A stretch of DNA of 64,000 nucleotides from Somniosus microcephalus (lineage: Eukaryota): NCBI GenBank assembly GCA_052327205.1, contig CM126231.1, positions 8,246,001 to 8,310,000 of the forward strand, in the 5' to 3' direction. A program made the position numbers and the translations under genes. The notes below the pieces were generated by a model. It saw only the letters and a list, made by a program, of their open reading frames with translations. It had not been told where the DNA came from and searched no databases. Positions 10,961 to 23,123 of the stretch are shown here, piece after piece. The stretch's first letter is position 1. Each line of letters starts with the position of its first letter.

Positions 10961-12410
10961 TGGGGGGGGTGGTAGAGTGAGGAGGGGTCGGTGGGGGGCG
11001 GGGGTGGGGGGGTGATAGAGTGAGGAGGGGTCGGTGGGGGGGTGATAGAGTGAGATGGGGTCAGTGGGGGCGGGGGTGGGGGGTGCTAGAGTGAGGAGGG
11101 GTCAGGGGTCGGTGGGGGGGTGATCGAGTGAGGAGGGGTCAGTGGGGGGGTGATAGAGTGAGGAGGGGTCAGTGGGGGGGTGGTAGAGTGAGGAGGAGTC
11201 AGTGGGGGGGTGATAGAGTGAGGCGGGGTCAGTGGGGGGGTGATAGTGAGGAGGGGTCAGTGGGGGGGTGATAGAGTGAGGAGGGGTCAGTGGGGGGGTG
11301 ATAGAGTGAGGAGGGGTCAGTGGGGGGGTGATAGAGTGAGGAGGGGTCAGTGGGGGGGTGATAGAGTGAGGAGGGGTCAGTGGGGGGGTGATAGAGTGAG
11401 GAGGGTTCAGTGGGGGGGGGTGATAGAGTGAGGAGGGGCCAGTGGGGGGGTGATAGTGAGGAGGGGTCAGTGGGGGGGTGATAGAGTGAGGAGGGGTCAG
11501 TGGGGGGGGGTGATAGAGTGAGGAGGGGCCAGTGGGGGGGTGATAGTGAGGAGGGGTCAGTGGGGGGGTGATAGAGTGAGGAGGGGTCAGTGGGGGGGTG
11601 ATAGAGTGAGGAGGGGTCAGTGGGGGGGTGATAGAGTGAGGAGGGGTCAGTGGGGGGGTGATAGAGTGAGGAGGGGTCAGTGGGGGGGTGATAGAGTGAG
11701 GAGGAGTCAGTGGGGGGTGATAGAGTGAGGAGGGGTCAGTGGGGGGGTGATAGAGTGAGGAGGGGTCAGTGGGGGGGTGATAGAGTGAGGAGGGGTCAGT
11801 GGGGGGGTGATAGAGTGAGGAGGGGTCAGTGGGGGGGTGATAGAGTGAGGAGGGGTCGTGGGGGGGCGGGGGGGTGATAGAGTGAGGAGGGGTCAGTGGG
11901 GGGGTGATAGAGTGAGGAGGGGTCGTGGGGGGGCGGGGGGGTGATAGAGTGAGGAGGGGTCAGTGGGGGGGTGATAGAGTGAGGAGGGGTCAGTGGGGGG
12001 GTGATAGAGTGAGGAGGGGTCAGTGGGGGGGGTGATAGAGTGAGGAGGGGTCAGTGGGGGGGTGATAGAGTGAGGAGGGGTCAGTGGGGGGGTGATAGAG
12101 TGAGGAGGGGTCAGTGGGGGGGTGATAGAGTGAGGAGGGTTCAGTGGGGGGGGGGTGATAGAGTGAGGAGGGGCCAGTGGGGGGGTGATAGAGTGAGGAG
12201 GGGTCAGTGGGGGGGGGGGTGATAGAGTGAGGAGGGGTCGGTGGGGGACGGAGGGGTGATAGAGTGAGGAGGGCTCAGTGGGGGGGGTGTTAGTGAGGAG
12301 GGGTCAGTGGGGGGGGTGTTAGTGAGGAGGGGTCAGTGGGGGGGGGTGTTAGTGAGGAGGGGTCAGTGGGGGGGTGATAGAGTGAGGAGGGGTCAGTGTG
12401 GGGGGGGGGG
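10961..12410 (+). repeat. G-rich minisatellite, ~30-bp unit GATAGAGTGAGGAGGGGTCAGTGGGGGGGT, roughly 45-50 copies
   Basis: Directly visible tandem array; variation is mostly in G-run length and 2-bp deletions. Confidence 0.97.
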
Positions 12411-12827
12411 ACGCGGTTGGAGAGAAGTTTTCTTTCTGGCCAAAGTCACCACAGCAACAGATTCCTGCTTGAGTTGTCATGGCAATGGAAGGTTCCTCAC
12501 AAAAAGTTAACTGAAACTGGATATTGGCAGCCTCCATCATCAACAAGAGACACAGGCAATAAAAAATAAAAAATTTGTCTGGAGTGGATAGCATGAATAT
12601 CTATCAAATTTGAATTGTTTTTGCTAAGAGCCGAATTTAAGCAGCCACAATCATTCTGCTGCAATTACATTTTCTAAACCATTTGGAATGTGATACAAGG
12701 TAGGATTATGTTGTGAGGCCACATTTAAGCGATAAGGTGCAGTGTATTAAGCTGCAATGTAGGACTTTTTTCACCAATAACCCCAAAGTAATTTAATTTC
12801 CCCTGCTTAACATATTAGTGCACAACC

Positions 12828-13282
12828 TGTCAGCTGTGGTTCAGTGGGCAGCACACTCGCCTCTGAGTCAGAAGGTTGAGGGTTCAAGTCCCACTCCAGG
12901 GACTTGAGCACATAAAGCTAAGCTGACACTCCAGTGCAGTGCTGAGGGAGTGCTGCACTGTCGGAGGTGCCGTCTTTTGGATGAAACGTTAAACCTAGGC
13001 CCCGTCTGCTCTCTCAGGTGGACGTAAAAGATCCCATGGCACTATTTCAAAGAAGAGCAGGGTGCCCTGGCCAATATTTATCCCTCAATCAATATAACAA
13101 AAACAGATGATCTGGTCATTAGCACATTGCTGTTTGTGGGAGCTTGCTGTGCGCAAATTGGCAGCTGTGTTGCCCACATTACAACAGTGACTCCACTTCA
13201 AAAAGTACTTCATTGGCTGTAAAGCGTTTTGAGACGTCTGGTGGTCGTGAAAGGCGCTGTAGAAATGCAAGTCTTTCTTTCT
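12828..13282 (+). mobile_element. Near full-length Deu-domain SINE (SacSINE1-like)
   Basis: tRNA-like head with A box tggttcagtggg and B box ggttcaagtcc, Deu core, and tail aaaggcgctgtagaaatgcaagtctttcttt. Confidence 0.9.
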
Positions 13283-13530
13283 CTGTTACTGCAGTTGTTA
13301 CTTGATTTATTGTCGCTCTCGTTCCGTCACATTGGCTGAGATCAGCTAGCTGAGCAGACCTGCTGACCCACTTGGGAGCTACAGGAGAACTTCCAACCCT
13401 ACCTCCTTAAATTCTCTTCTGAAACCACTCTACCCCGCTATTACTTTCCTTAGCGCCAAACAGTCCTGTCAACTGCTCATCCTATCCTTGCTGCTTCCTT
13501 GGATAGACCTCAGAATATGGTGACCACTTT

Positions 13531-13877
13531 AGGGGGGAAAAATTGGGTTGCTTTGCGCCTCCCGTTAACGCTTCTGGGGGGGCTCCCCGCTCCCCGGTGG
13601 TCCAGCAGGGCCCCGGTGCGCGCAGCGCTACGCCCCTTCCCTTTAATCAGGGGAGGGAGGCCTGCAATACCGTGGTGCTACGTGCCGATGCGTGTGGCGC
13701 TGTTGCACGTAGCGCCGCGGTATTCAGTTGTAGCGCCCCAGGAAGGAGGGGGAGTGCTTCCAGTAGCCCCGCCTCCTGCTTGGGGTGCTACCACTGAATT
13801 TATGGTGCAGGGGCGCTGAAAGTAGCGCCCCAGCAAAGTTAGTGCCCCAAAGGGGGCGCCACCGAATTTTTCCCGCT
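13531..13877. mobile_element. GC-rich Harbinger-like MITE (family B, internally deleted)
   Basis: Termini AGGGGGGAAAAATTGGGT / ACCGAATTTTTCCCGC; shares gttgctttgcgcctcccgtta with the copies at 650, 18996 and 34833. Confidence 0.8.
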
Positions 13878-14502
13878 TGGTCTCCTCAGATGGTTATTGG
13901 GGGATATTGAGGCTCTGGAAAGGAGGGCCATTAGATTAATTCCCAGTTTAAAACACCGTAGTTAGCTAGATAGACTCAAGGAGTTGGGTCTGTATACTTT
14001 AGAAAAGCGTGGACTCTGAGGCGATTTGATCGAGGTTTATAAAATAATGAATGGACTAGATTGTGTTTGTGTGGACCAATTCTTTCAACGGGATAGGTTT
14101 GGCGAGGACCAGGGGTCATGCTTATAATGTATGGAAGAGCAGAACTAGGTTGGATGTTAGGCGGTTGTTCTTTTCCCGGAGAATAGTGGACCTGTGGAAC
14201 AGGTTGCCAGCTCGTGCAGTCAACGCTGATTCACTTATTCCTTCAAGAGAGAGCTTAACCTGCCTCTGGCTGGGACGGAGATCACCTTGTACAAGAGATA
14301 GGTATCCTGTAATAGAAAATCAGGGTCAATGTGATCTCCTAGACTAGTTTTGATTGCCTAAAGGGGCTCAGAGAAAAAAAATTCTCCCTGTTTGGGCTGT
14401 GTTTTTATCTGCATTTTTCACCTCTCCCAGGAGATTATATGGCTAGGTAGAAAGTGTATGTATCGTGATGCAGGAGGCATTGCAACTGTATACATTTTTA
14501 AA

Positions 14503-14720
14503 TTCATTCACGGGCTGTGGGTGTCGCTGACAAGGCCAGCATTTATTGCCCATCCCTAATTGCCCTCGAGCAGGTGGTGGTGAGCTGCCTTCTTGAACCG
14601 CTGCAGTCCGTGTGGTGAAGGTGCTCCCACAGTGCTGTTAGGGAGGGAGTTCCAGGATTTTGACCCAGCGACGATGAAGGAACGGCCGATATACTTCCCA
14701 AGTCAGGATGGTGCGTGATG
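14503..14720 (-). mobile_element. 3' tail of the second CR1-group LINE family
   Basis: Near-identical to 23560-23765 and 38680-38890. Confidence 0.85.
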
Positions 14721-15584
14721 TGGAGGGGACAGGCTAGATGGACCAGTGGACCTTTCCCTGTTCTTCATTTGCATTATATTCCTACATTCCTCACTCACTG
14801 TCCCTCTGTCCCCGAGTGAAGTCCTCAGACACATTCTTCTCACTGGATAAGTGCAGCGTAAATAGAAGCCATTGTTCTTATTGGAGAATAAGGATTGAGA
14901 GGAGAAGCGATTGACATTTTGAGAGGAATGGATAATGTAGATATAAACAGGCTACTTAACTCGAGCTGCGAGTGCAGAACTCTGCGATGTGAATAGAACA
15001 TTATTGAGCCTCAAGGAAGATTTGAGATGATATAAATTACAGCACAGAAGGAGACTGTTTGGCTCGCTGGTTCCGTGCCAATCGTAGCTCCAACTGAGAG
15101 CTAACCATTCGAATCCCTGATCTTACCCCATTCTCTTTTACATTCTTCCTTTTAAATTATTATCCAATTCCTTTTGAAACGCTATAGTTTCTGCCTCAAT
15201 AGCCCCTTGTGGTAAAGCATTGCGTGTTCTAGTAACTGTGTGAAAGAAAACTCGAACTTCTCCCTTTGTTGTGAGAGTCTCCTGGTTTCCAGTTTGGCAA
15301 TCAGCGGGAGCAAACTTGTAGCTAATTTACCCTCTCAAGATGTTGTGACTCTCTATTAGATTCCCCCTTTCTGCCACCGAAATAAGCTCCATTTATTTAG
15401 AGCCTTTCTTCATAACTACGGATCAGAAGGACTTACTTTCTGTCCCTCCCACCCCACAGGTAGTCGATCTGTAGAATGGGATCCAAGACAGCGCAGTTAA
15501 TGTGTTAACGAACAGTATGGGGGGAAGAAACAAGAACTAGCTGGTTAGGGCCAGAGGGAAAGATAGAGAGAGAGAGGGGGGGAG

Positions 15585-15960
15585 AAAGAAAAGGAAAGAA
15601 AGAAAGAAAGAAAGAAAGAAAGGGAGAAAAAGAAAGAAAGACTTGCATTTCTATAGCGCCTTTCACGCCCACCGGACATCTCAAAGCACTTTACAGCCAA
15701 TGAAGTATTCTTGATTTGTAGTCATTGATGTAATGTAGGAAACGCAACACCCAATTTGCGCACAGCAAGCTCCCACAAACAGCAATGTGATAATGATCAG
15801 ATCATCTGATTTTTAGTGACATTGGTTGAGGGATAAATATTGGCCCGGGACACCGGGGAGAACTCCCCCTGCTCTTCTTCGAAATAGTGGCCGTGGGATC
15901 TTTTACGTCCACCTGAGAGGGCAGACGGGGCCTTGGTTTAGCGTCTCATCCGAAAGACGG
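15585..15960 (-). mobile_element. Deu-domain SINE (5'-truncated) with an expanded (GAAA)n/(TTTC)n tail
   Basis: Reverse complement of the SINE core and tail; GAAA microsatellite at 15585-15640. Confidence 0.88.
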
Positions 15961-16454
15961 GTAATAGAAAAAGTAAGTATAAACCCGGGTAGAGTTGATT
16001 AGATGAAGTGTAGAATGTGATGGTTTCTGTGCTGATGGGACCCTGGGAATGCTGCACCAGCCAGGTCTTGTGGGATTTTGCTTTCTGTAACATTGGTGGG
16101 GGGGGGGGGGTGGAAAACAAGGAGCAACTTGCAGAATCTATCTATGTGGGAATAAATGGATTGGAAAGAGCTCATTATAGGGAAGATAATCTGTAGAAGG
16201 AAAGTGCTTCATGGAATGAGAGAAGACCACTCAGCCGATGTTTTATGTCTGTGAGAGGCAGGAGAGTTTGTAATAATCAGGAACAAATGGCCGTGACTGC
16301 CTTGTAATCCCATGCTAGTCATTTTCCCTGGGAGAACCTTTTGATGAAAGCCAAGCTAACCACATAATTGCCGCATCCCATTAATCCCACCGCCGCTGCC
16401 AGTCTCCAACTCCACACATTTCTTCCTGGAAATAGTATTGTCTTTGGATAAGTT

Positions 16455-17349
16455 GTGAGGATGCAAGGAGGCTTCAAAGGGGGATATAGACAGGCTGAGT
16501 GAGTGGGCAAGAACTTGGCAAATGGAACATAATGTGGAGAAATGTGAAGTTATCCACTTTGGTAGGAAAAATAGAAAAGCAGAGTATTTTTTAAATGGTG
16601 AGAGACTGGGAAATGTTGGTGTTCAGAGGGATCTGGGTGTCCTTGTACACGAATCACTGAAAGTTAACATGCAGGTACAGCAAGCAATTAGGAAAGCAAA
16701 TGGTATGTTGGCCTTTATTACAAGAGGAGGATTTGAGTATAAGAGTAAAGACGTCTTACTGCAATTCTATAGGGCCCTGGTGAGACCACACCTGGAGTAC
16801 TGTGGACAGTTTTGGTCTCCTTACCTAAGGAAGGATATACTTGCCATAGAGGGAGTGCAACAAAGGTTCACCAGACTGGTTCCTGGGATGGGGGGATTGT
16901 CCTATGAGGAGAGATTGAGTAGACTAGGCCTATATTCTCTAGAGTTTAGAAGAATGAGAGGTGATCTCATTGAAATATACAAAATTCTTACATGGCTTGA
17001 CAGGGTAGATGCAGGGAGGATGTTTCCCCTGGCTGGGGAGTCTAGAACCAAAGGTCAAAGTCTCAGAATAAGGGGTCGGCCATTTAGGACTGAGATGAGG
17101 AGAAATTTCTTCACCCAGACGGTAGTGAATCTTTGGAATTCTCTACCCCAGAGGGCTGCGGAGATTCAGTCGTTGAGTATATTCAAGACAGAGATCGATA
17201 GATTTTGGGATATTAAGGGAATCGAGGGATATGGAGATAGTGCAGGAAAGTGGAGTTGAGGTAGAAGATCAGCCATGATCTTATTGAATGGCGGAGCAGG
17301 CTCGAGGAGCCAAATGGCCGACTCCTGCTCCTATTTCTTATGTTCTTAT
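16455..17349 (+). mobile_element. CR1 (HER1-like) 3' fragment
   Basis: ORF 16522..17259 is 245 aa of the CR1 ORF2 C-terminus, followed by the tail. Confidence 0.95.
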
Positions 17350-17921
17350 CACCACTGGGGCCCTTCCTACACGGGAAGCATTAAAAATACAAACACCAGG
17401 GTTCCACATGACAGAGGCGGAGCTACTCATATTTGAGGTTGCAGTACATCAAGTGATCAGCCTCTCTGAAAGTTTTGGATAAAGACTAATTTAATTCAAA
17501 AAGAGTACAATACGTGGGTGGAGCTCCCTGCCCTTTGATGGACTTCCATATTGACGGGACGGGTATCTCCTCCCTCTGCTGGCTGCCTTAAGTTGGACAG
17601 CTTCAACCCAATACCTTGTCAGGCACAGGCTTACCATAAATCAACACAATTAAGAGCTCCTGCCCAGGGAGGCCATAAGGATGGTGAAAATGTTCACGCA
17701 AGGAGCCCGGGCATAGTCTTCCTTGTTTAAGGCTCAGGCAGATTGTTGAAGCAGAGTAGATGGTGCTTTCCTCTTTATTTGATCTGTGTTTTAATACTGA
17801 CTCGGACCAGGGGAAGAATGAATGTAAAATTCCCATTCCTCGTCACTGGCATCCCTCGTCAGTGCATTCTTCAAATATCAGCTGAGCTCAGATGGTAGCA
17901 TTTGTGCCCGTGGATCAGGGT

Positions 17922-18462
17922 TAGATCACACCTGGAGTACTGCGTACAGTTCTGGCCGTCATTATAAAAAAGGATATAGAGGCACTGGAGAGGGTGCAAG
18001 AAGATTTACAAGGATGTTACCAGAAATGGGAGGTTACACCTCTCATGAAAAGATGAACAGGCTGGGTCTCTTTTTTCTTGAAAAGAGAAGGCTGAGGGGG
18101 TGACCTAATAGAGGTCTTTAAAATGATGAAAGGTTTTGATAGAGTGGATACAGAGAGAACGTTTCCACTTGTGGGGAAGAGTATAACTAGAGGCCATCAA
18201 TATAAGATAGTCACCAAGAAATCCAATAGGGAATTCAGAAGAAACTTCTTTACCCAGAGAGTGGTGAGAATATGGAACTCGCTCCCACAGGGAGTGGTTG
18301 AGACGAGTAGTATCGATGCATTTAAGGGGAGGCTGGACAAACATATGAAGGAGAAGGGAATCGAGGGTTATGCTGATAGAGTTAGATGAGGAAAGACGGG
18401 AGGAGGCTCGAGTGGAGCATAAACGCCGGCATGGACTGGTTGGGCCGTATATCCTATGTAAC
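17922..18462 (+). mobile_element. CR1 3' fragment (same subfamily as 2150-2441 and 42110-42680)
   Basis: ORF 18123..18389 and an ATCCTATGT-type tail. Confidence 0.9.
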
Positions 18463-18471
18463 ATCAGATAG

Positions 18472-18802
18472 ATGGACACTTCAGTGCAGTGCTGCATTAT
18501 CAGAGGCACTGTATTTCAGATGAGACAATAAAATGAGGCCTTGACTGCTTGCTCCAATGTTTCATTTTATTTTAAAGCATCCCGTTGCATTATTTGAAGA
18601 CCTGGCCACCCTTCTTCCCTCAAATTACCAAAACAGATGAACTAGTTGCGGATTGTGGGACCTTGCTGTGTGAAATATGGCTGCTGCATCACCCTGCACA
18701 ACATTGGCTGCAGAATATTGACTACATTTCAAAAGTAATTCATTATGCATGAAGTACTTTGAGTTGTTTTAAGATAGGATAAGGTGTTATTTAAATAGAA
18801 GT
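18472..18802 (+). mobile_element. Old, degenerate Deu-domain SINE
   Basis: Decayed but collinear similarity to the SINE core and tail (cagatgagac, catttcaaaagtaattcatt, aaggtgttatttaaatagaagt). Confidence 0.6.
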
Positions 18803-18816
18803 CACTGAGGGCAAAA

Positions 18817-18998
18817 TAGAAACATAGAAGATAGGAGCAGGAGTCGGCCATTCGGCCCCTCGAGCCTGCACCACCATTCAATGAGATCATGGCTGATCAT
18901 CCAAAATCAGTGCCCTGTCCCTGCTTTCTCCCCATACCCCTTGATCCCTTTAGCCTTAAGAAATATATCCAACTCCTTCTTGAATATATTTAATGAAT
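18817..18998 (-). mobile_element. CR1 3' tail
   Basis: Reverse complement of 4545-4724. Confidence 0.88.
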
Positions 18999-19662
18999 TC
19001 GGTTGCTTTGCGCCTCCCGTTAGTGCCCTATGGGGACACAAAGCAACTAGCGCCCGGTCGCGGCACCGCTAACGCCACCTGCGAAATTTAGCGGGAGGGT
19101 TAGCAGCGGCGATAGCCGGTAGCGCCCCGCGGCGCTGCACCTCCGGTGAGGACGTCATTACCGTGCACAGCACCCCAGCCGCAAGCGTGGGTTGCGCCCC
19201 CCTGACGTACCGCCGGACGCTATGTCCGACATGGTCAGGGGGGCGTACATGCGGCCGGGGCAGCGATATTTAAAGGGGAGGTGCCAGGCAGTCATTTTGT
19301 TTTTGCTGGCCGCCTGCCAGCACCTGCCCCCTCTGCCGTTCCCCTCACGGCCGCGGTCGGGCAGCCTGGCTCTCCTCGAGTGCCGGGCTCTTTTGCCGGC
19401 ATCCCCGATCCCTGGCGGCCCAGCTGGGCTCTGGTTCGCGCTGCGCAAGGCCCCCTCCCCTTTAATAAGTAGCACGTTGCGCTGAGATATTGGGCTGGAG
19501 TGCCCCAAGAGGGAGGGGGAGTGCTTCCGGTAGTGCCCCGCCTCCTGCTTGGGGCACTACCATCGAATTTCGGGGGCAGGGGTGCCAACTTTTTCAGGGC
19601 GCTAAAAGTAGCGCCCCGGCAAAGTTAGCGCCCCAAAGGGGGCGCGACTCCATTTTTGCTCC
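18996..19662. mobile_element. GC-rich Harbinger-like element (family B), left TIR partly lost
   Basis: gaattcggttgctttgcgcctcccgttag ... aaagttagcgccccaaagggggcgcgac; inverted homologue of 34833-35480. Confidence 0.8.
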
Positions 19663-19821
19663 TTTGTTCCTTTTTCTCCCCATTCTCTACTTCCCAATTT
19701 ATTTCTTCAAAAATGAATTCTACATTTTTTTCCCCCAAGTTACAAAAAGGAAAACATTTCTGGATCGCAACGTTGCACAGCATCAAACGGTCCATGCACC
19801 GTGGAATTTGTACTGTTTTTC

Positions 19822-20274
19822 AAAAGAAAGACTTGCATTTCTATAGCGCCTTTCACGACCTCAGGACGTCCCAAAGCGCTTTACAGCCAATGAAGCACTT
19901 TGTGAAGCGTAGTCACTGTTGTAATGCAGGAAACGCGGCAAAACAAGGTCCCACAACCAGCAATGTGATAATGACCAGATAATCTGTTTCAGTGATGTTG
20001 ATTGAGAGATAAATATTGGCCCCAGGGAGAACTCCCCCTGCTCTTCTTCGAAATAGTGGCCGTGGGATCTTTTATGTCCACCTGAGAGAGCAGACGGGGC
20101 CTCAGTTTAATGTCTCATCCGAAAGACAGCACCTCTGACAGTGCAGCACTCCCTCAGCACTGCACTGGGAGTGTCAGCTTAGATTTTTGTGCTCAAGTCT
20201 CTGGAGTGGGACTTGAACCCACAACCTTCTGACTTAGCAGGCGAGGGTGCAGCCCACTGAGCCACGGCTGACAC
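19822..20274 (-). mobile_element. Full-length Deu-domain SINE (SacSINE1-like)
   Basis: Head (gtgtcagccgtggctcagtggg, ggttcaagtccc), core and tail are all present on the minus strand. Confidence 0.9.
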
Positions 20275-20717
20275 TGCTTTCGGGTGAAGCAGGGGCCACA
20301 ATCATGGCTAAGGCTGCAAATCTTATCTTGCCAAACAGGCTGGCACCTTCCGAACAACTTTCTCTCAAAAAGTTATTTTTGGGTCTGGCTCATCACGTCT
20401 CTTTCTGCACCAAAAATCACTAAATGTGGCTTTCATCCCTCTTCTCTGCCCATTTGCCTGGGCCCCATTGCAACTTAGCTGAAGTGAGATAATCAGAGTT
20501 GTTTGAAATGTTATTTCTACAAGTGCCTTACCCTTTCTCCGAAGCATCGGAAAACTCGTGGCAAACAATTAATTCATTAATTTGAAGGGCAGTTAGTGTT
20601 ACGTGGGCTCCTACACTCCCTGCTACCCCGTCTAATTTAAAATTAAAAGTAACATGCACAAAGATGTTACTGAAGGGCAGCCAATCCCAATGAAGCCTCA
20701 CCAGAACCTGGCTGAAA

Positions 20718-20950
20718 GAAAATAACAACAGAAAATGCTGGAAAAACTCAGCAGGCCAGGCAACATCCGTGGAGAGAGAAAGAGAGTCAACGTTTCGGGT
20801 CGAAACCCTTCGTCAGAACTGAGAAAAAACACAGGAAATGAAACAGATTAAAAGGCCAGTTTGGGGGCTGGGAAATGGGGGAGGGGATGAAAGAACAAAA
20901 GGGAGGTTCTGTGAGAGGCGAAGAGACATTAAGAGATACTCAAGGCTGAA
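20718..20950 (-). mobile_element. Penelope-like pLTR fragment (second subfamily)
   Basis: Near-identical to 59025-59205 and related to 9530-9780. Confidence 0.78.
20785..20820 (-). ncRNA. Minimal type I hammerhead ribozyme motif of a Penelope-like element
   Basis: The minus strand reads AGUU-CUGACGA-A-GGGU(UUCG)ACCC-GAAA-CGU-U-GACU: intact core, perfect stem II, palindromic ACGU stem III and AGUU/GACU stem I. Activity is untested. Confidence 0.7.
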
Positions 20951-21156
20951 AGGAATCTCAACTCTGCAGTCCCACAGAGCGACTCCTTCTCACAAAGTAG
21001 GTTTGCTTGGGTGTCTCCTCTGCTCAACCACTCTTACAAAAGTGTTTTGGAAAGGGCATGTCAGAGATACCTTTGCTACTCCTCTTGTCTTTCACTCCTT
21101 ACTTTTTTCCAAGCCCTACGATAGACTAGAATTTGCATTCTCACCACCAACACCAC

Positions 21157-21492
21157 GCATTTATATAGCGCCTTTAATGTCATAAAACGTCCCAAGGCGC
21201 TTCACGGGAGTAGTAAAAACAAAAAAAAATTGACACCGAGCCACATAAGGAGATATTAGGGCAGGTGACCAAAAGCATGGTCAAAGAGCGTCTTAAAGGG
21301 GGAGAGAGAGGTAGCGAGGCGGAGAGGTTTAGGCAGGGAATTCCAGAGCTTAAGGCCGAGGCAACAGAAGGCACGGCCACCAATGGTTGAGCGATTATAA
21401 TCGGGGATGCGGAAGAGGGCAGAATTAGAGGAGCGCAGATATCTCGGGGGGTTGTGGGGCTGAAGGAGATTACAGAGATAGGGAGGGGCGAA
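21157..21492 (-). mobile_element. L2 LINE 3' end
   Basis: Homologous to 51052-51297 (KLWNSLP..SLSSFKTLLKT.LF); tail aaaggcgctatataaatgc. Confidence 0.8.
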
Positions 21493-22422
21493 GCCTTCAC
21501 CGAAGCATATGAGTGCATAGGCCTTACACTAAACATCCATAAGACAAAGGTCCTCTACCAACCTGCCCCCACCATACAGTACTGCCCCCCGATTATCAAA
21601 ATCCATGACAAGGCTTTGGACAACGTGGACCACTTTCCGTACCTCGGGACCCTACTGTCAACAAGGGCAGACATCGAAGTCCAACACCGCCTTCAGTGTG
21701 CCAGTGCAGCCTTCGGTCGCCTGAGGAAGAGAGTGTTTGAAGACCAGGACCACAAACCTGGCACTAAGCTCATGGTCTACAGAGCAGCAGTGATACCTGC
21801 CCTCCTGTATGCTTCAGAGACATGGACCAGGCACCTCAAAGCACTGGAGAGGTACCACCAACGCTGCCTCCGCAAGATCCTGCAAATCCATTGGCAGGAT
21901 AGGCGCACCAACGTCAGTGTTCTCGCTCAGGCCAACATCCCCAGCACTGAAGCTTTGACCACGCTTGATCAGCTCCGATGGACGGGTCACATTGTCCGCA
22001 TGCCCAATACGAGACTCCCAAAACAAGCGCTCTACTCGGAGCTCCGACACGGCAAGAGAGCCCCAGGTGGGCAGAGGGAACGCTTCAAGGACACCCTCAA
22101 AGCCTCCTTGAAAAAGTGTAACATCCCCACCGACACCTGGGAATCCCTGGTCCAAGACTGCACAAAGTGGAGGAGAAGCATCCGGGAAGGCGCCGAACAC
22201 CTTGAGTCTCTTCGTCGGGAGCAAGCGGAAGCCAAGCGCAAGGAGCGCAAGGAGTGCACGTCAACCCAAGCACCCCACCCACCCGCCCCTTCAACCACCG
22301 TCTGCCCCACCTGTGACAGAGACTGTAGGTCCCGCATTGGACTCGATCAGTCACCTGAGAACTCATTTTTAATGTGGAAGCAAGTCATCCTCAGTTCCGA
22401 GGGACTGCCTAAGAAGAAGAAG
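21493..22422 (+). mobile_element. RTE-clade (BovB-like) LINE 3' fragment
   Basis: ORF 21454..22494 has GLTLNIHKTKVL, VDHFPYLG, LLYASETW, QLRWTGHIVRM and a C-terminal CPTCDRDC motif. It ends in gagggactgcct(aag)n, with a 1-bp frameshift near 22346. Confidence 0.92.
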
Positions 22423-22895
22423 ACTACACAGACCAAGCTGGTTCATCTAAAATGCAGCGCTTCCAACTCGTTTGTACATCTACAAAAGGCATAGGTGTGC
22501 TCCATACGCCAAGTATCGAAACTCCACACGCGTCCCCTCCTGACACATCAAATGGCAAAAGCACGATCATCAACATAGAAGGCCCATCAAGAGTAACTGG
22601 CATCTAAGAGCTATTCAGCAAACCACAGCTTTTTTTTTTACATCAGCAAAATCAGTCAGAAGCCAGATGATAGGCATCTGAAGCAAATATTCTGTTGAAA
22701 GGACAGCAAATTCCTCTGTGGTGGACAAAAAAAAAACCCCAACACAGTCCTTTTTGGGAAAAAAAAACAACCTCGGCACGTAATGTTCCCCCGTGACAAC
22801 CATGAACACATGACAAAGGAGATGATGATGGCACACTGTCCCACAAGCTGGGATCTCTCACTTCACAAAGAAGTGATTTAAGCAGAAAAATGAGC

Positions 22896-23123
22896 GTCAT
22901 AGAATGGTTACAGCACGGAAGAAGGCCATTCGGCCCGTCAAGCCAGTGCCGGCTCTCAGCCAGTCCCACTCCCCTGCCCTTTCCCTGCAGCCCTGCAAAA
23001 AAAAATTCTTTCAGGCACTTATCCAATCCCCTTTTGAAATCCGTGATTGAGTCTGCCTCCACCACCCTTTCAGGCAGTGCATTCCAGGTCCTAACCACTC
23101 GCTGCATAAGAAAACTTTTCCCT
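22896..23123 (-). mobile_element. CR1 3' fragment
   Basis: QRVVRTWNALPERVVEADSI peptide (ORF 22652..23107) and tail. Confidence 0.85.

Larger units (their letters stand above)
13500..14790 (+). mobile_element. Older CR1 subfamily with long 3' UTR, interrupted at 13531-13877 and ~14503-14720
   Basis: ORF 14063..14347 (RTRGH, FFSRRIVDLWNRLP); the UTR is homologous to the reverse of 33245-33530. Confidence 0.75.

Noticed and set aside
11240-12510. ORFs encoding (RRGQWGGDRV)n
   Set aside because: These are by-products of a 30-bp stop-free repeat unit; the frames break with G-run changes and there is no splice support.
12828-12900. tRNA gene (also at 20200-20274, 27085-27156 and 29366-29440)
   Set aside because: The A/B boxes belong to SINE heads that continue into the Deu core and tail; there is no proper cloverleaf or terminator.
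21454-22494. 346-aa ORF as an intact gene
   Set aside because: It is a chimera of antisense L2, a truncated RTE and frameshifted run-on sequence.
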